This document shows, one piece after another, positions 52,719 to 61,160 of a stretch of 64,000 bases of DNA. The position numbers were made by a program, and so were the translations under genes. Every line of letters begins with the position of its first letter. The stretch's first letter is position 1. Origin of the DNA: a virus (Duplodnaviria; Caudoviricetes); IMG/VR virus record IMGVR_UViG_3300029305_000181, positions 3,097 to 67,096 of that record. One strand, 5' to 3'. The notes beneath the pieces are model-generated. The model ran no database searches. It saw only the letters and a program-made list of their open reading frames with translations, and was not told the origin of the DNA.

Positions 52719-54992
52719 TTGACTGAATTTGAGTGGCTGGGCGAAGACAACCAGATAGGTATTGATATCTGGCGAAAAAAGTACCAGCGTAATGACGAAA
52801 CATTCGAACAGTGGCTTGATCGCGTGTCCGGCGGCAACCACGAAGTTCGAGAGCTGATCAAGGAAAAGAAGTTCCTGTTCGGCGGACGTATTCTCTCTAA
52901 TCGAGGGATGGATAAGTACGGCAAGAAGATCACATATTCTAACTGCTATGTTATCACGCCTCCCGAAGATAATATCGAGAGCATTTACGAGTGTGCTACT
53001 AAGCTGGCACGTACATATTCTTATGGCGGTGGTTGCGGTATTGATATTAGTAAGCTGTCTCCCAGAGGAGCTAAGATCAATAACTCTGCCGAGGCCACTA
53101 CTGGTTCGGTCTCCTTTATGGACCTGTATAATCTGACTACGGATCTTATCGGGCAGAACGGACGACGTGGAGCTATGATGATCAGTCTGACTTGCGATCA
53201 TCCGGACCTGGAGGAATTCATTGATATTAAGTCTGATCTGAGCAAGATCACCAAGGCCAATATCTCAATCAAGATTACGGATGAGTTTATGAAGGCGGTC
53301 AAGGAGGAAAGATATTTCGATCTGACCTTCACTCGAGATGAGACCGGCGAGACTATTACTAAGCGAGTGTTCGCTCCTGATATTTGGCGTAAACTCTGCC
53401 GAATGAATTGGGATTATGCTGAGCCTGGCATTCTGTTCTGGGATCGTATTCGTGATTGGAATCTTCTCAGTGAAGATGAGGAATTCGAGTATGCTGGAAC
53501 AAATCCCTGCGCAGAAGAGCCCCTGCCTGCTGGCGGTAGTTGTCTTCTCGGTAGTCTGAATCTCGCGGAGTTTGTCACACCTTTTGGCGAATTTGACTAT
53601 GAGGAGTTTAAACACGCTGTAATGGTCGCTGTGACGGCTCTGAATGAAGTTTTGGACGAAGGTATGCCTCTGCACCCTCTTCAGGAGCAACGCGATTCTG
53701 TGCGTGACTGGCGGCAAATCGGACTTGGTATCTTCGGTCTTGCTGACATGCTGATCAAGATGGGTATTAAGTATGGCTCTGATAGATCCTTGATTATTTG
53801 CGACAAGATCGGGTTCAATATGGCTAACCAGGCTATCCGCACTTCTGCAATGCTTGCTAGTGCTGGCGGTCCGTATCCGAAATATAAGCATTTGCCAGTG
53901 GTTAATTCCGGCTTCTATTGCCATAACACTGACTATACTACTAGCGAAGTTGTCAATCAGTACGGTCTTCGCAACTCCCAGCTTATGACTATCGCTCCTA
54001 CCGGTTCTCTGTCTACTATGCTCGGTGTGTCTGGTGGTATCGAGCCTATCTTCGCAAATTACTACGAACGTAAGACTGAATCCCTACATGGACATGACGA
54101 GTACTATAAGATCTACACTCCCATCGTAAAGAAGTATATGGAAGAGTATGATATCGATAATGTAGAGGATCTGCCTGATTTCTTCGTTACCGCGAGAGAC
54201 ATTAATTATAAAGAACGTATCGAAATGCAGGCCACTTGGCAAAATCATATCGACGCTTCTATCAGCTCTACTATTAATCTTCCTAATGATATTTCTATCG
54301 AACAGGTAGAAGATCTGTATAGATACGCTTGGGGGCGATGCCTCAAAGGCGTCACCATCTTCCGTGAAGGCTGTCAACGGACGGCTGTGCTGTCAACGGA
54401 CACTGAACAGAAGAATGATATTCCCGAGTATTCGGGTCCTGTCTGTCTCAATCGAGGAATCATCATTAAGGCTAACGACACTTGTGTAGGGAAGAAACGG
54501 ACGCTGCATACTGGCTGCGGTACTCTGCATTGTGAGGCGTTCTTTGAGCCTACTACTGGCGAACTGCGAGAAGTATATTTGAATAAGGGCTCCACCGGTG
54601 GTTGTAATAACTTTATGGTGGGTCTTAGTCGAATGATCTCTCTGGCAGCTCGTGGCGGTGTGAGTATCGATGATATTCTGGACCAGCTTGGTTCCTCTGG
54701 TACTTGTCCGTCCTATGCGGTACGTACTGGTATTAGGCATGACACTTCTAAGGGCTCTAGCTGTCCTGTGGCGGTTGGGAACGCTCTTAAGGAGATGTAT
54801 GAGGAGATGCAGGTGGAAGTTGGTAAGCGCGAGTGGCTGTCTGAGACGGTTCTATCTAATCTGTTTGAGCCTGACACCGTACCGCCTATGGTAGTCGCAA
54901 CTAATCCCGTATGCCCTGAGTGTGGCGGCAACCTTGTATTCGAAGGTGGCTGCAACACCTGTAAGGATTGTGGTTGGAGTAAGTGTGATTAA
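52719..54992 (+). CDS. nrdJ: Class II (adenosylcobalamin-dependent) ribonucleotide reductase
   Basis: FLFGGRIL, YSNCYV, TNPCAEEPL, QIGLGIFG, TIAPTGSLS, SSTINL; C-terminal CPECG...CKDCGWSKC. Confidence 0.92.
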   Translation: MTEFEWLGEDNQIGIDIWRKKYQRNDETFEQWLDRVSGGNHEVRELIKEKKFLFGGRILSNRGMDKYGKKITYSNCYVITPPEDNIESIYECATKLARTYSYGGGCGIDISKLSPRGAKINNSAEATTGSVSFMDLYNLTTDLIGQNGRRGAMMISLTCDHPDLEEFIDIKSDLSKITKANISIKITDEFMKAVKEERYFDLTFTRDETGETITKRVFAPDIWRKLCRMNWDYAEPGILFWDRIRDWNLLSEDEEFEYAGTNPCAEEPLPAGGSCLLGSLNLAEFVTPFGEFDYEEFKHAVMVAVTALNEVLDEGMPLHPLQEQRDSVRDWRQIGLGIFGLADMLIKMGIKYGSDRSLIICDKIGFNMANQAIRTSAMLASAGGPYPKYKHLPVVNSGFYCHNTDYTTSEVVNQYGLRNSQLMTIAPTGSLSTMLGVSGGIEPIFANYYERKTESLHGHDEYYKIYTPIVKKYMEEYDIDNVEDLPDFFVTARDINYKERIEMQATWQNHIDASISSTINLPNDISIEQVEDLYRYAWGRCLKGVTIFREGCQRTAVLSTDTEQKNDIPEYSGPVCLNRGIIIKANDTCVGKKRTLHTGCGTLHCEAFFEPTTGELREVYLNKGSTGGCNNFMVGLSRMISLAARGGVSIDDILDQLGSSGTCPSYAVRTGIRHDTSKGSSCPVAVGNALKEMYEEMQVEVGKREWLSETVLSNLFEPDTVPPMVVATNPVCPECGGNLVFEGGCNTCKDCGWSKCD

Positions 54993-54994
54993 GG

Positions 54995-55024
54995 TTCGCG
55001 AATCTTACAACTCCTATAATGAAA
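54995..55024 (+). promoter_or_regulatory. Phage motif copy 11
   Basis: TTCGCG AATCTT ACAA CTCCTA TAATG. Confidence 0.7.
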
Positions 55025-55037
55025 GGAGTGGATTAAC

Positions 55038-55229
55038 ATGCTTAAAAACATTTATAAGTATGTGTTGAAAAAGCTACATGATTTTCACCTTGATATGTCT
55101 GATTATTACTACGGAAAAATGGATGAATATGGTTCCGAGAATAATGACTATTATGGTGTGAAGGTAGCGAAGCACACACGCAAATGTTTGAAGATCATGG
55201 AGAAACTCGTAGCAATGGAAGAGTTCTAG
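55038..55229 (+). CDS. 63-aa protein behind motif copy 11
   Basis: SD GAAAGGAG; followed by a repeated-family terminator. Confidence 0.65.
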   Translation: MLKNIYKYVLKKLHDFHLDMSDYYYGKMDEYGSENNDYYGVKVAKHTRKCLKIMEKLVAMEEF

Positions 55230-55250
55230 TTTTAGGACTCTTCTCTTTTT
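55218..55250 (+). terminator. Terminator, repeated family
   Basis: GAAGAGTTCTA-GTTT-TAGGACTCTTC-TCTTTTT. Confidence 0.75.
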
Positions 55251-55252
55251 CT

Positions 55253-55282
55253 TTCGCGAAAAATGCAAACCACTTTATGAGA
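55253..55282 (+). promoter_or_regulatory. Phage motif copy 12
   Basis: TTCGCG AAAAAT GCAA ACCACT TTATG. Confidence 0.7.
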
Positions 55283-55309
55283 ATGTTTAAATCATAAGGA
55301 GGGTTTAGT

Positions 55310-55744
55310 ATGAAAATTACTATCACGATTGAAATGGACAAAAACGATCTCGAGATTAAGGAGAAGGAAACTGAAAGGAAACCTGTCAATAAAGCCAGCG
55401 AATACGCACGGTTTTTTGATGAGGGGTGTTTTGGATGGAGTAAAGAGCCAGAAATGAATTGTTACTATTTGAGGAGCACAGAAAATCATGCTAATGCTCG
55501 TCTTAAAGCAAATGGATATTTGTTTCTGAATGACGTTTACGACATGCTTGGAATTCCCAGAACAAAAGCCGGTCAAAGAATTGGCTGGATATATGACAAG
55601 GATAATCCTGTCGGTGATAATTATGTCGACTTTGGTCTCAACGATTCGAGTTCTGCCGATTTCGTGAATGGTCGAAGTAATGTCGTACTACTGGACTTCA
55701 ATGTCGATGGAGACATTTTAGACAGAATTGGAGAAGGGTCCTAA
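55310..55744 (+). CDS. Stand-alone copy of the C-terminal domain of 39539-40471
   Basis: SEYARFFDEGC...YLFLNDVYDMLG...VGDNYVDFG...LLDFNVDG aligns to the paralogue. Confidence 0.8.
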   Translation: MKITITIEMDKNDLEIKEKETERKPVNKASEYARFFDEGCFGWSKEPEMNCYYLRSTENHANARLKANGYLFLNDVYDMLGIPRTKAGQRIGWIYDKDNPVGDNYVDFGLNDSSSADFVNGRSNVVLLDFNVDGDILDRIGEGS

Positions 55745-55768
55745 TTGGGCTCTTCTCTTTTTATTTTT
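55731..55768 (+). terminator. Terminator, repeated family
   Basis: GAGAAGGGTCC-TAATT-GGGCTCTTCTC-TTTTT. Confidence 0.75.
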
Positions 55769-55782
55769 GAAAGGAGAGAAAT

Positions 55783-56148
55783 ATGAAAAGTCACGAACTC
55801 AAGGACATCCAGCTCTTCGAAGAAAATGGGCAGTATTATCTTAAGCTCAAATATATTATCGAGCGTGATAATCGTGTTGAGGAACTTGAGATTCCTAAAG
55901 TGAAGATTCCTTTTAACGAACGGTATTATCCGGAAATACAAACCGAGTATCATCCGTGGTCCACGCTGAATAAATGTATTTTATCGGTTGGTTGTAGACA
56001 GCCTTTGGATATTCTTCCAGGAGATACTCCGGAAGCGAAGGATACCTTCTATGTCACAAGAGTCATAGAAGAAAAACCGGTTGAAATGTCTGTATCCGAA
56101 ATCGAGAAGAAGCTCGGTTATAAGATTAAGATCGTTAACAAGGATTGA
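55783..56148 (+). CDS. Hypothetical protein
   Basis: SD GAAAGGAG; EMSVSEIEKKLGYKIKIV terminal motif. Confidence 0.65.
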   Translation: MKSHELKDIQLFEENGQYYLKLKYIIERDNRVEELEIPKVKIPFNERYYPEIQTEYHPWSTLNKCILSVGCRQPLDILPGDTPEAKDTFYVTRVIEEKPVEMSVSEIEKKLGYKIKIVNKD

Positions 56149-56161
56149 AAGGAGAGTACTA

Positions 56162-56563
56162 ATGCTTATTGTAGTTTTGGGAATTGCTATGGTTGTTAGC
56201 TTCATAATCTATTTGTACGCTAGTGATAAATGTATAGATATTCTCGAGGGTTTTGGAATTGTGTTTTCTATACTATTTTTTAGTGCTTTTATAGTATCGG
56301 TAGCCGCTATCCCCTTCTGTCACATAGGCATTGATGGCAAGATTGCTAGTTACGAGGCTCGGTATGAATCTCTAGTCTACCAGTATGAGAACGATATTTA
56401 CGATAACGACAATGATATCGGCAAGCGTGATCTTATGGAGGATATCGAGGCATGGAATACGGAGCTTGCTAGTAAGAAAACCAATCATGACGATCTCTGG
56501 ATTGGTATTTATATTCCTAATATTTACGATCAGTTTGAGTTTATTGAGTTGAAAGGAGAGTAA
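56162..56563 (+). CDS. Two-TM membrane protein
   Basis: SD GAAAGGAG; two hydrophobic helices. Confidence 0.65.
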   Translation: MLIVVLGIAMVVSFIIYLYASDKCIDILEGFGIVFSILFFSAFIVSVAAIPFCHIGIDGKIASYEARYESLVYQYENDIYDNDNDIGKRDLMEDIEAWNTELASKKTNHDDLWIGIYIPNIYDQFEFIELKGE

Positions 56564-56564
56564 C

Positions 56565-56987
56565 ATGGTTGACGTAAAGGAATTATATTCCGAAGAAGAA
56601 TATATAAGTCGTTACAGCGGTAAATATACCGAGCTTTACGATTATGATCCTATGATCAACGCTTTCGGCAGAGTGGCGGTTAGAGTGGATACGGATGATT
56701 ATAGTGGCGACACTTATATTCTCTACGACAACGGCAACAAGATCGGTCACCTGATATTCGGTTGGGGCTCTTGCTCTGGTTGCGATCCTCTTCAGCACTG
56801 CGAATCTATTGAAGAGGTTCAGGAGCTTTGCGATAAACTTGAGAATAGTATTGAGTGGTTTGGCAGTAAGGAAGAAGCTCTTAACTGGTTCGAAAACCAT
56901 GACTGGAAAGGTAATTGGTGCTGGTTCTATAAAGAATGTAGGGAGTATATAGAAAAAGCTATGGAATATTTGAAAGGAGAAAACTAA
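56565..56987 (+). CDS. Hypothetical protein
   Basis: FGWGSCSGCD motif. Confidence 0.65.
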   Translation: MVDVKELYSEEEYISRYSGKYTELYDYDPMINAFGRVAVRVDTDDYSGDTYILYDNGNKIGHLIFGWGSCSGCDPLQHCESIEEVQELCDKLENSIEWFGSKEEALNWFENHDWKGNWCWFYKECREYIEKAMEYLKGEN

Positions 56988-57748
56988 TGCTTACTATTGA
57001 AAGATTTTGCACCGCGTCCCCTGAACAGATGGAGTTCATTATTGACGGCATGCGTAACCCTATGAATAGCTGGGATATGAGTGATAGTTATATTACTCAT
57101 ATCGAAAACCAGACTACGGCTAACACTGCTGACTTTGCTTTCCATCTTGGTGAGAATGACGAGAAGCTTATGCGACAGCTTGCTGCTGGTGGTCCGGTGC
57201 ATGCTAAATATCGGCGTATGATGCCTGTGTGGGTTGATATTGTCGCTCCTCTATATTGGTACAAGGAGTTCGATACTTATAAGATCGGTACGGTAAACAA
57301 CAGTTGTAGCACTATGCATAAGATCCATGCGAAGGAGTTTACCTTTGATGACTTCAGTTGTGAACATCTGTTTGAGGATGATGAGCCGCTGGAGTTTATG
57401 TGTGACGGTGTTGAGAACTGGTATTCGAAGAATATTCTGGCGGCGACTATCTGTACTCTTAATACCTTTAGACAGAAGTATCTCAACTATCTCAAGCAGC
57501 CTACTAAGGATCTGAATGCTAAGGCCAAATATGTTAAGAAACTTTGGTGGCAGCTTATCCAGCTTCTCCCGAGTTCTTATAATCAGAAGCGTACGTACAT
57601 GCTGAACTACGAAGTTCTGTACAATATGTATCACTCTCGTAGACATCATAAGCTCGATGAGTGGCATGTGCTTTGCGATTGGATTGAGAAGTTGCCTTAT
57701 AGCTATCTGATTACTGGCGAAGCCGAGAATGACGCGGTTAGCGTCTGA
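56987..57748 (+). CDS. thyX: ThyX-like flavin-dependent thymidylate synthase (divergent)
   Basis: HAKYRR, VDIVAPLYWYKEFDTY...SCSTMH, QLLPSSY, NYEVL...RRHHKLDEW. Confidence 0.65.
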   Translation: MLTIERFCTASPEQMEFIIDGMRNPMNSWDMSDSYITHIENQTTANTADFAFHLGENDEKLMRQLAAGGPVHAKYRRMMPVWVDIVAPLYWYKEFDTYKIGTVNNSCSTMHKIHAKEFTFDDFSCEHLFEDDEPLEFMCDGVENWYSKNILAATICTLNTFRQKYLNYLKQPTKDLNAKAKYVKKLWWQLIQLLPSSYNQKRTYMLNYEVLYNMYHSRRHHKLDEWHVLCDWIEKLPYSYLITGEAENDAVSV

Positions 57749-57773
57749 AATATGAAGGATGAGGAAGATACCG

Positions 57774-57935
57774 ATGACTGAGCAAGAATTGTTTCGCGGT
57801 TTCTGTGCTTTACCACTTATTCCGAAAAATGATGATGAAAAAAGACAGGAACTGATCGACAAGCTTCATAAGATCATTAAGGATCTTGAGAATGGTTACG
57901 TCGGTTTTATGTATCTGTATGATGAACTTTGTTAA
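57774..57935 (+). CDS. 53-aa hypothetical protein
   Basis: SD GAGGA; fills the gap between genes. Confidence 0.45.
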   Translation: MTEQELFRGFCALPLIPKNDDEKRQELIDKLHKIIKDLENGYVGFMYLYDELC

Positions 57936-57947
57936 GGAGAACGAAAA

Positions 57948-58517
57948 ATGAAAAAGATTCCTACCCTGTTCACTCGCATTTTTGAAGGCCGTAAGATTGT
58001 TGGTATCAAGGATGAGATTACTCCTGGTTGTGAAGAAGCTTTTAAGTATGGTCGGGCGACAATTAAAGTCGATGGATCTTGTTGCGCGATTATTAATGGT
58101 GAGTTTTACAAGAGATATGACGCTAAGAAAGGTAAGAAACCTCCTGAGGGAGCCATTCCTTGTTGCGATCCCGATCCTGTAACAGGTCATTGGCCTCATT
58201 GGGTTAGGGTCGATCCGAATAATCCTGCCGACAAGTGGTTTGATCAGGCTAGAAACTCTAGATATACTACGATATTTACGGACGGTACGTACGAAGCAGT
58301 CGGTAAGCATTTTAATGGTAATCCATATAATTTGGATTTCGATTATCTTGTACCGCATGGTAAACAAAACGTATATGTTGAACGAGATTTCGAATCTATT
58401 TCTGAATGGCTTAATACACATGAGTCCGAAGGTATCGTCTTCTGGCTTAATGACGAACCGGTATGCAAGATTAAACGAACTGACTTTGGTTACGAATGGC
58501 CGATTAAAAAGGAGTAA
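57948..58517 (+). CDS. RNA ligase-like nucleotidyltransferase
   Basis: Motif I ATIKVDG, motif IV EGIVF, motif V KIK. Confidence 0.65.
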   Translation: MKKIPTLFTRIFEGRKIVGIKDEITPGCEEAFKYGRATIKVDGSCCAIINGEFYKRYDAKKGKKPPEGAIPCCDPDPVTGHWPHWVRVDPNNPADKWFDQARNSRYTTIFTDGTYEAVGKHFNGNPYNLDFDYLVPHGKQNVYVERDFESISEWLNTHESEGIVFWLNDEPVCKIKRTDFGYEWPIKKE

Positions 58518-58519
58518 AG

Positions 58520-58801
58520 ATGTATTTATTCGAGTACATAAACCGTCCGGAATCTGGGACATGGGTACCACGATACGAAATTATTCATGCTTTCAATGCA
58601 AATGAAGCTCTGATACAATTCTACGAATCTAGAGATAGTGTTCATAGTATCGATCTTGATCAATTTGCTAAAATCATCAGATATTTTTCTGTCGAAGAGG
58701 GTGTTAGACTATTTAACTCGATCCAAATTACATACGAGATTCATAAAATTTATTCTATAAGTCAAGAAATATATAATTCTAATAAGGAGAACGAAAAATG
58801 A
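58520..58801 (+). CDS. Hypothetical protein
   Basis: SD AAGGAG. Confidence 0.55.
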   Translation: MYLFEYINRPESGTWVPRYEIIHAFNANEALIQFYESRDSVHSIDLDQFAKIIRYFSVEEGVRLFNSIQITYEIHKIYSISQEIYNSNKENEK

Positions 58802-59010
58802 AAAAATCTACTATCGCTATTATCGGGTTTATTCTTACCGTCATCGCAGTCTTCGGAATTAGTTGGTTTGTCACTTGTGGCATTGTTAATCTGCTTTCCT
58901 GGTGCTTCGGTTTCACGTTTACCTGGAAGCTGGCTACTGGCGTCTGGGTTATTTGGCTTGTCTTGGCGGGACTCTTCGGTAAGAAACGTACGGTGAAGGT
59001 GGAGGAGTGA
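58798..59010 (+). CDS. Two-TM small membrane protein
   Basis: Hydrophobic; coupled start. Confidence 0.6.
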   Translation: MKKSTIAIIGFILTVIAVFGISWFVTCGIVNLLSWCFGFTFTWKLATGVWVIWLVLAGLFGKKRTVKVEE

Positions 59011-59282
59011 TGGTGAATATTTTTCTTATATTTTATGTCCTGCTCGGTTTATTCCTTATGTTCATATTATTTAAAAACAAAAATACATTTGATAAACATA
59101 TGAACATTACCAATGCTATTCATACATATAATCGGCTCTGTATAAAGAGACACGACTATATTGCGATGATTGATTATAAAGTCGTAGAAGACTATGATAC
59201 TACTCTTTTTCGTCTCTGGGACTGGGGCTACAAGCGTATGGTTCCTAAGGATATTTACGAACTGATTAAGGAGTATATTTGA
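59007..59282 (+). CDS. TM-anchored protein, tandem paralogue 1
   Basis: LFRLWDWGYKRMVPKDIYELIK. Confidence 0.65.
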   Translation: MMVNIFLIFYVLLGLFLMFILFKNKNTFDKHMNITNAIHTYNRLCIKRHDYIAMIDYKVVEDYDTTLFRLWDWGYKRMVPKDIYELIKEYI

Positions 59283-59554
59283 TGGAGAATATAGGTACTC
59301 TGTTAGTTCTATTATACATGTTAATCGTATTTAGGTATTTTGTCACATTAATTAATCGTGCTCGAATAGAAGACGCTATCCTCGGATACGACGTAAGTTT
59401 AATAGAAAAACCACTTGGTCATAAGTTTATAAACCCATTAGAAGTCATGGAGCCCGAATATAAAACTTTTTTGCGTATTTGGGATTGGGGATGTAAACGT
59501 ATAGTGGATAAGGAAATATACGAACTTGTAAAGGGTTATAAATTGTATGATTGA
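59279..59554 (+). CDS. TM-anchored protein, tandem paralogue 2
   Basis: FLRIWDWGCKRIVDKEIYELVK. Confidence 0.65.
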   Translation: MMENIGTLLVLLYMLIVFRYFVTLINRARIEDAILGYDVSLIEKPLGHKFINPLEVMEPEYKTFLRIWDWGCKRIVDKEIYELVKGYKLYD

Positions 59555-59595
59555 TACTAAACTAATATTTATTCTATGTTTTATGGAGGATTAAG

Positions 59596-59796
59596 ATGAT
59601 TAAGTTTAAGACGTTTCATGCTATCACTAATGACGATCTTAATGTTGCTTTTCAAGCTAATGAATGGGTCGCAAAGCATCCTTATATATCAGTTATAGAC
59701 ATGTCTTATAATTCGCAAATCAATCCGCTGACCATGAGTGTACAGGAATCACTTTGCATTATGTATGATGATTGGGGAGAAGATGTAGATGATTAA
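59596..59796 (+). CDS. Hypothetical protein
   Basis: SD GGAGG. Confidence 0.55.
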   Translation: MIKFKTFHAITNDDLNVAFQANEWVAKHPYISVIDMSYNSQINPLTMSVQESLCIMYDDWGEDVDD

Positions 59797-59808
59797 AGGA
59801 GAAAAAAA

Positions 59809-60405
59809 ATGAAAAAGATTATTGTTATTTGTATGGTTCTGGCTATGATGTTCACCATGATTGCATGCCTGCCTATTCAGGATAGCGGCTCCCGAGAAGA
59901 TGTCGCAGCTACGATGGCTGTGGCTAGTGAGCTTCAGGAAAATCAGCCTACCCCTACTGATATCGATTATTCTCTTGAGAGGTATAACCTTATTCGTAGA
60001 GCGTATTGGGTAAATGGCCAGCGTGAAAAGTCTGCATCTGTTGTATGCCAGATCGAGAAGCCTCTTGGATATATTGTCCTGTTTACTGAGAGCGGCAGCG
60101 TTGTCGGGCGGTTCGTTGTTGATGGTAAGGTGTCTAGTCTGAATAGTTTCCTTACTCCTGATAGCGAATATTATTCTGGCGAAGCCAGGGCGATTAATAC
60201 TACGAATCTGAGCGGTGATACTAGCGTTAGTAGCTATACACACGTAAACAATTGGATCGCTGACGTAGACGGCTCTTACGGTGAAAACGACAACGGCATC
60301 TTCTTCTTTACTCCCGATGGTAAGTACGTTGAGTGGACTGGCACTTATTTGTATTCTGATATTCCGTTTGAAATTACCGATCCTGTTGTGAAGATTGGAG
60401 AGTAA
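59809..60405 (+). CDS. Lipoprotein
   Basis: MKKIIVICMVLAMMFTMIA-C lipobox. Confidence 0.7.
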   Translation: MKKIIVICMVLAMMFTMIACLPIQDSGSREDVAATMAVASELQENQPTPTDIDYSLERYNLIRRAYWVNGQREKSASVVCQIEKPLGYIVLFTESGSVVGRFVVDGKVSSLNSFLTPDSEYYSGEARAINTTNLSGDTSVSSYTHVNNWIADVDGSYGENDNGIFFFTPDGKYVEWTGTYLYSDIPFEITDPVVKIGE

Positions 60406-60406
60406 A

Positions 60407-60793
60407 ATGAAAAAGTTTTTTATTGTCGTTCTTTGTGTACTCCTAGCTATCGGTATCAGCGCTTGTAATATCGCTTCCCGTTGGTTTAATACCGGTTTTG
60501 GAAACGCCGTCGATTATGTCGACCAGAAGATTGACGATGCTACAAACTATGACACTCGTAAGGAAGTCGAAGATAGCTGTCGAGCTATGGTGTCTTCTTA
60601 CGAAGCGGATAAACTTACTTGGGAGCAGTACAACGGCAGCGATAATAGCGAACAGCAGTCCTGGGCAGATCAGGCGAAGATGCGAGCTAATCGCACGGCT
60701 TCTACCTACAATAATTATATTCTGAAAAACTCTTACGTATGGGATGGTAATATTCCTAGCGATATTATGAGTAAGCTCGAATACATAGAATAA
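60407..60793 (+). CDS. Lipoprotein
   Basis: MKKFFIVVLCVLLAIGISA-C lipobox. Confidence 0.7.
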   Translation: MKKFFIVVLCVLLAIGISACNIASRWFNTGFGNAVDYVDQKIDDATNYDTRKEVEDSCRAMVSSYEADKLTWEQYNGSDNSEQQSWADQAKMRANRTASTYNNYILKNSYVWDGNIPSDIMSKLEYIE

Positions 60794-60808
60794 AAGGAGA
60801 GAAAAAAA

Positions 60809-61144
60809 ATGCTTGTTAATGACTATCAGCGTGCAGCGCTTAAGACTGCTAATCCTAATCTGAGTAATTTCGGGCTTCTTGAGAATGGCATCATGGGTCT
60901 TAATGGCGAGGCTGGCGAATGCATTGATATTATCAAGAAGCATAGGTTCCAGGGCCATCCTCTGAATCAGGAGCATATCGCTAAGGAGCTGGGGGATATT
61001 GCTTGGTATCTGGCTATTTCTGCTGAGGCTCTGGGATATGATCTCGAACATATTCTTCAGATGAATCTCGACAAGCTCGCTAAGCGTTATCCTGAGGGAT
61101 TCGATAGTGAGCGGAGTCTGCATCGGGAGAAGAATGATATTTAA
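60809..61144 (+). CDS. MazG-like NTP pyrophosphohydrolase
   Basis: GLNGEAGECID...ELGDIAWY...NLDKLAKRYP. Confidence 0.85.
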   Translation: MLVNDYQRAALKTANPNLSNFGLLENGIMGLNGEAGECIDIIKKHRFQGHPLNQEHIAKELGDIAWYLAISAEALGYDLEHILQMNLDKLAKRYPEGFDSERSLHREKNDI

Positions 61145-61160
61145 TTAAAGGAGAAAAAAT

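Noticed and set aside
30913-55282. Reading the motif's TTTACA as an ordinary sigma70 -35 box
   Set aside because: It lies only about 5 nt from the TATTAT-like box, far from the 16-18 nt required.
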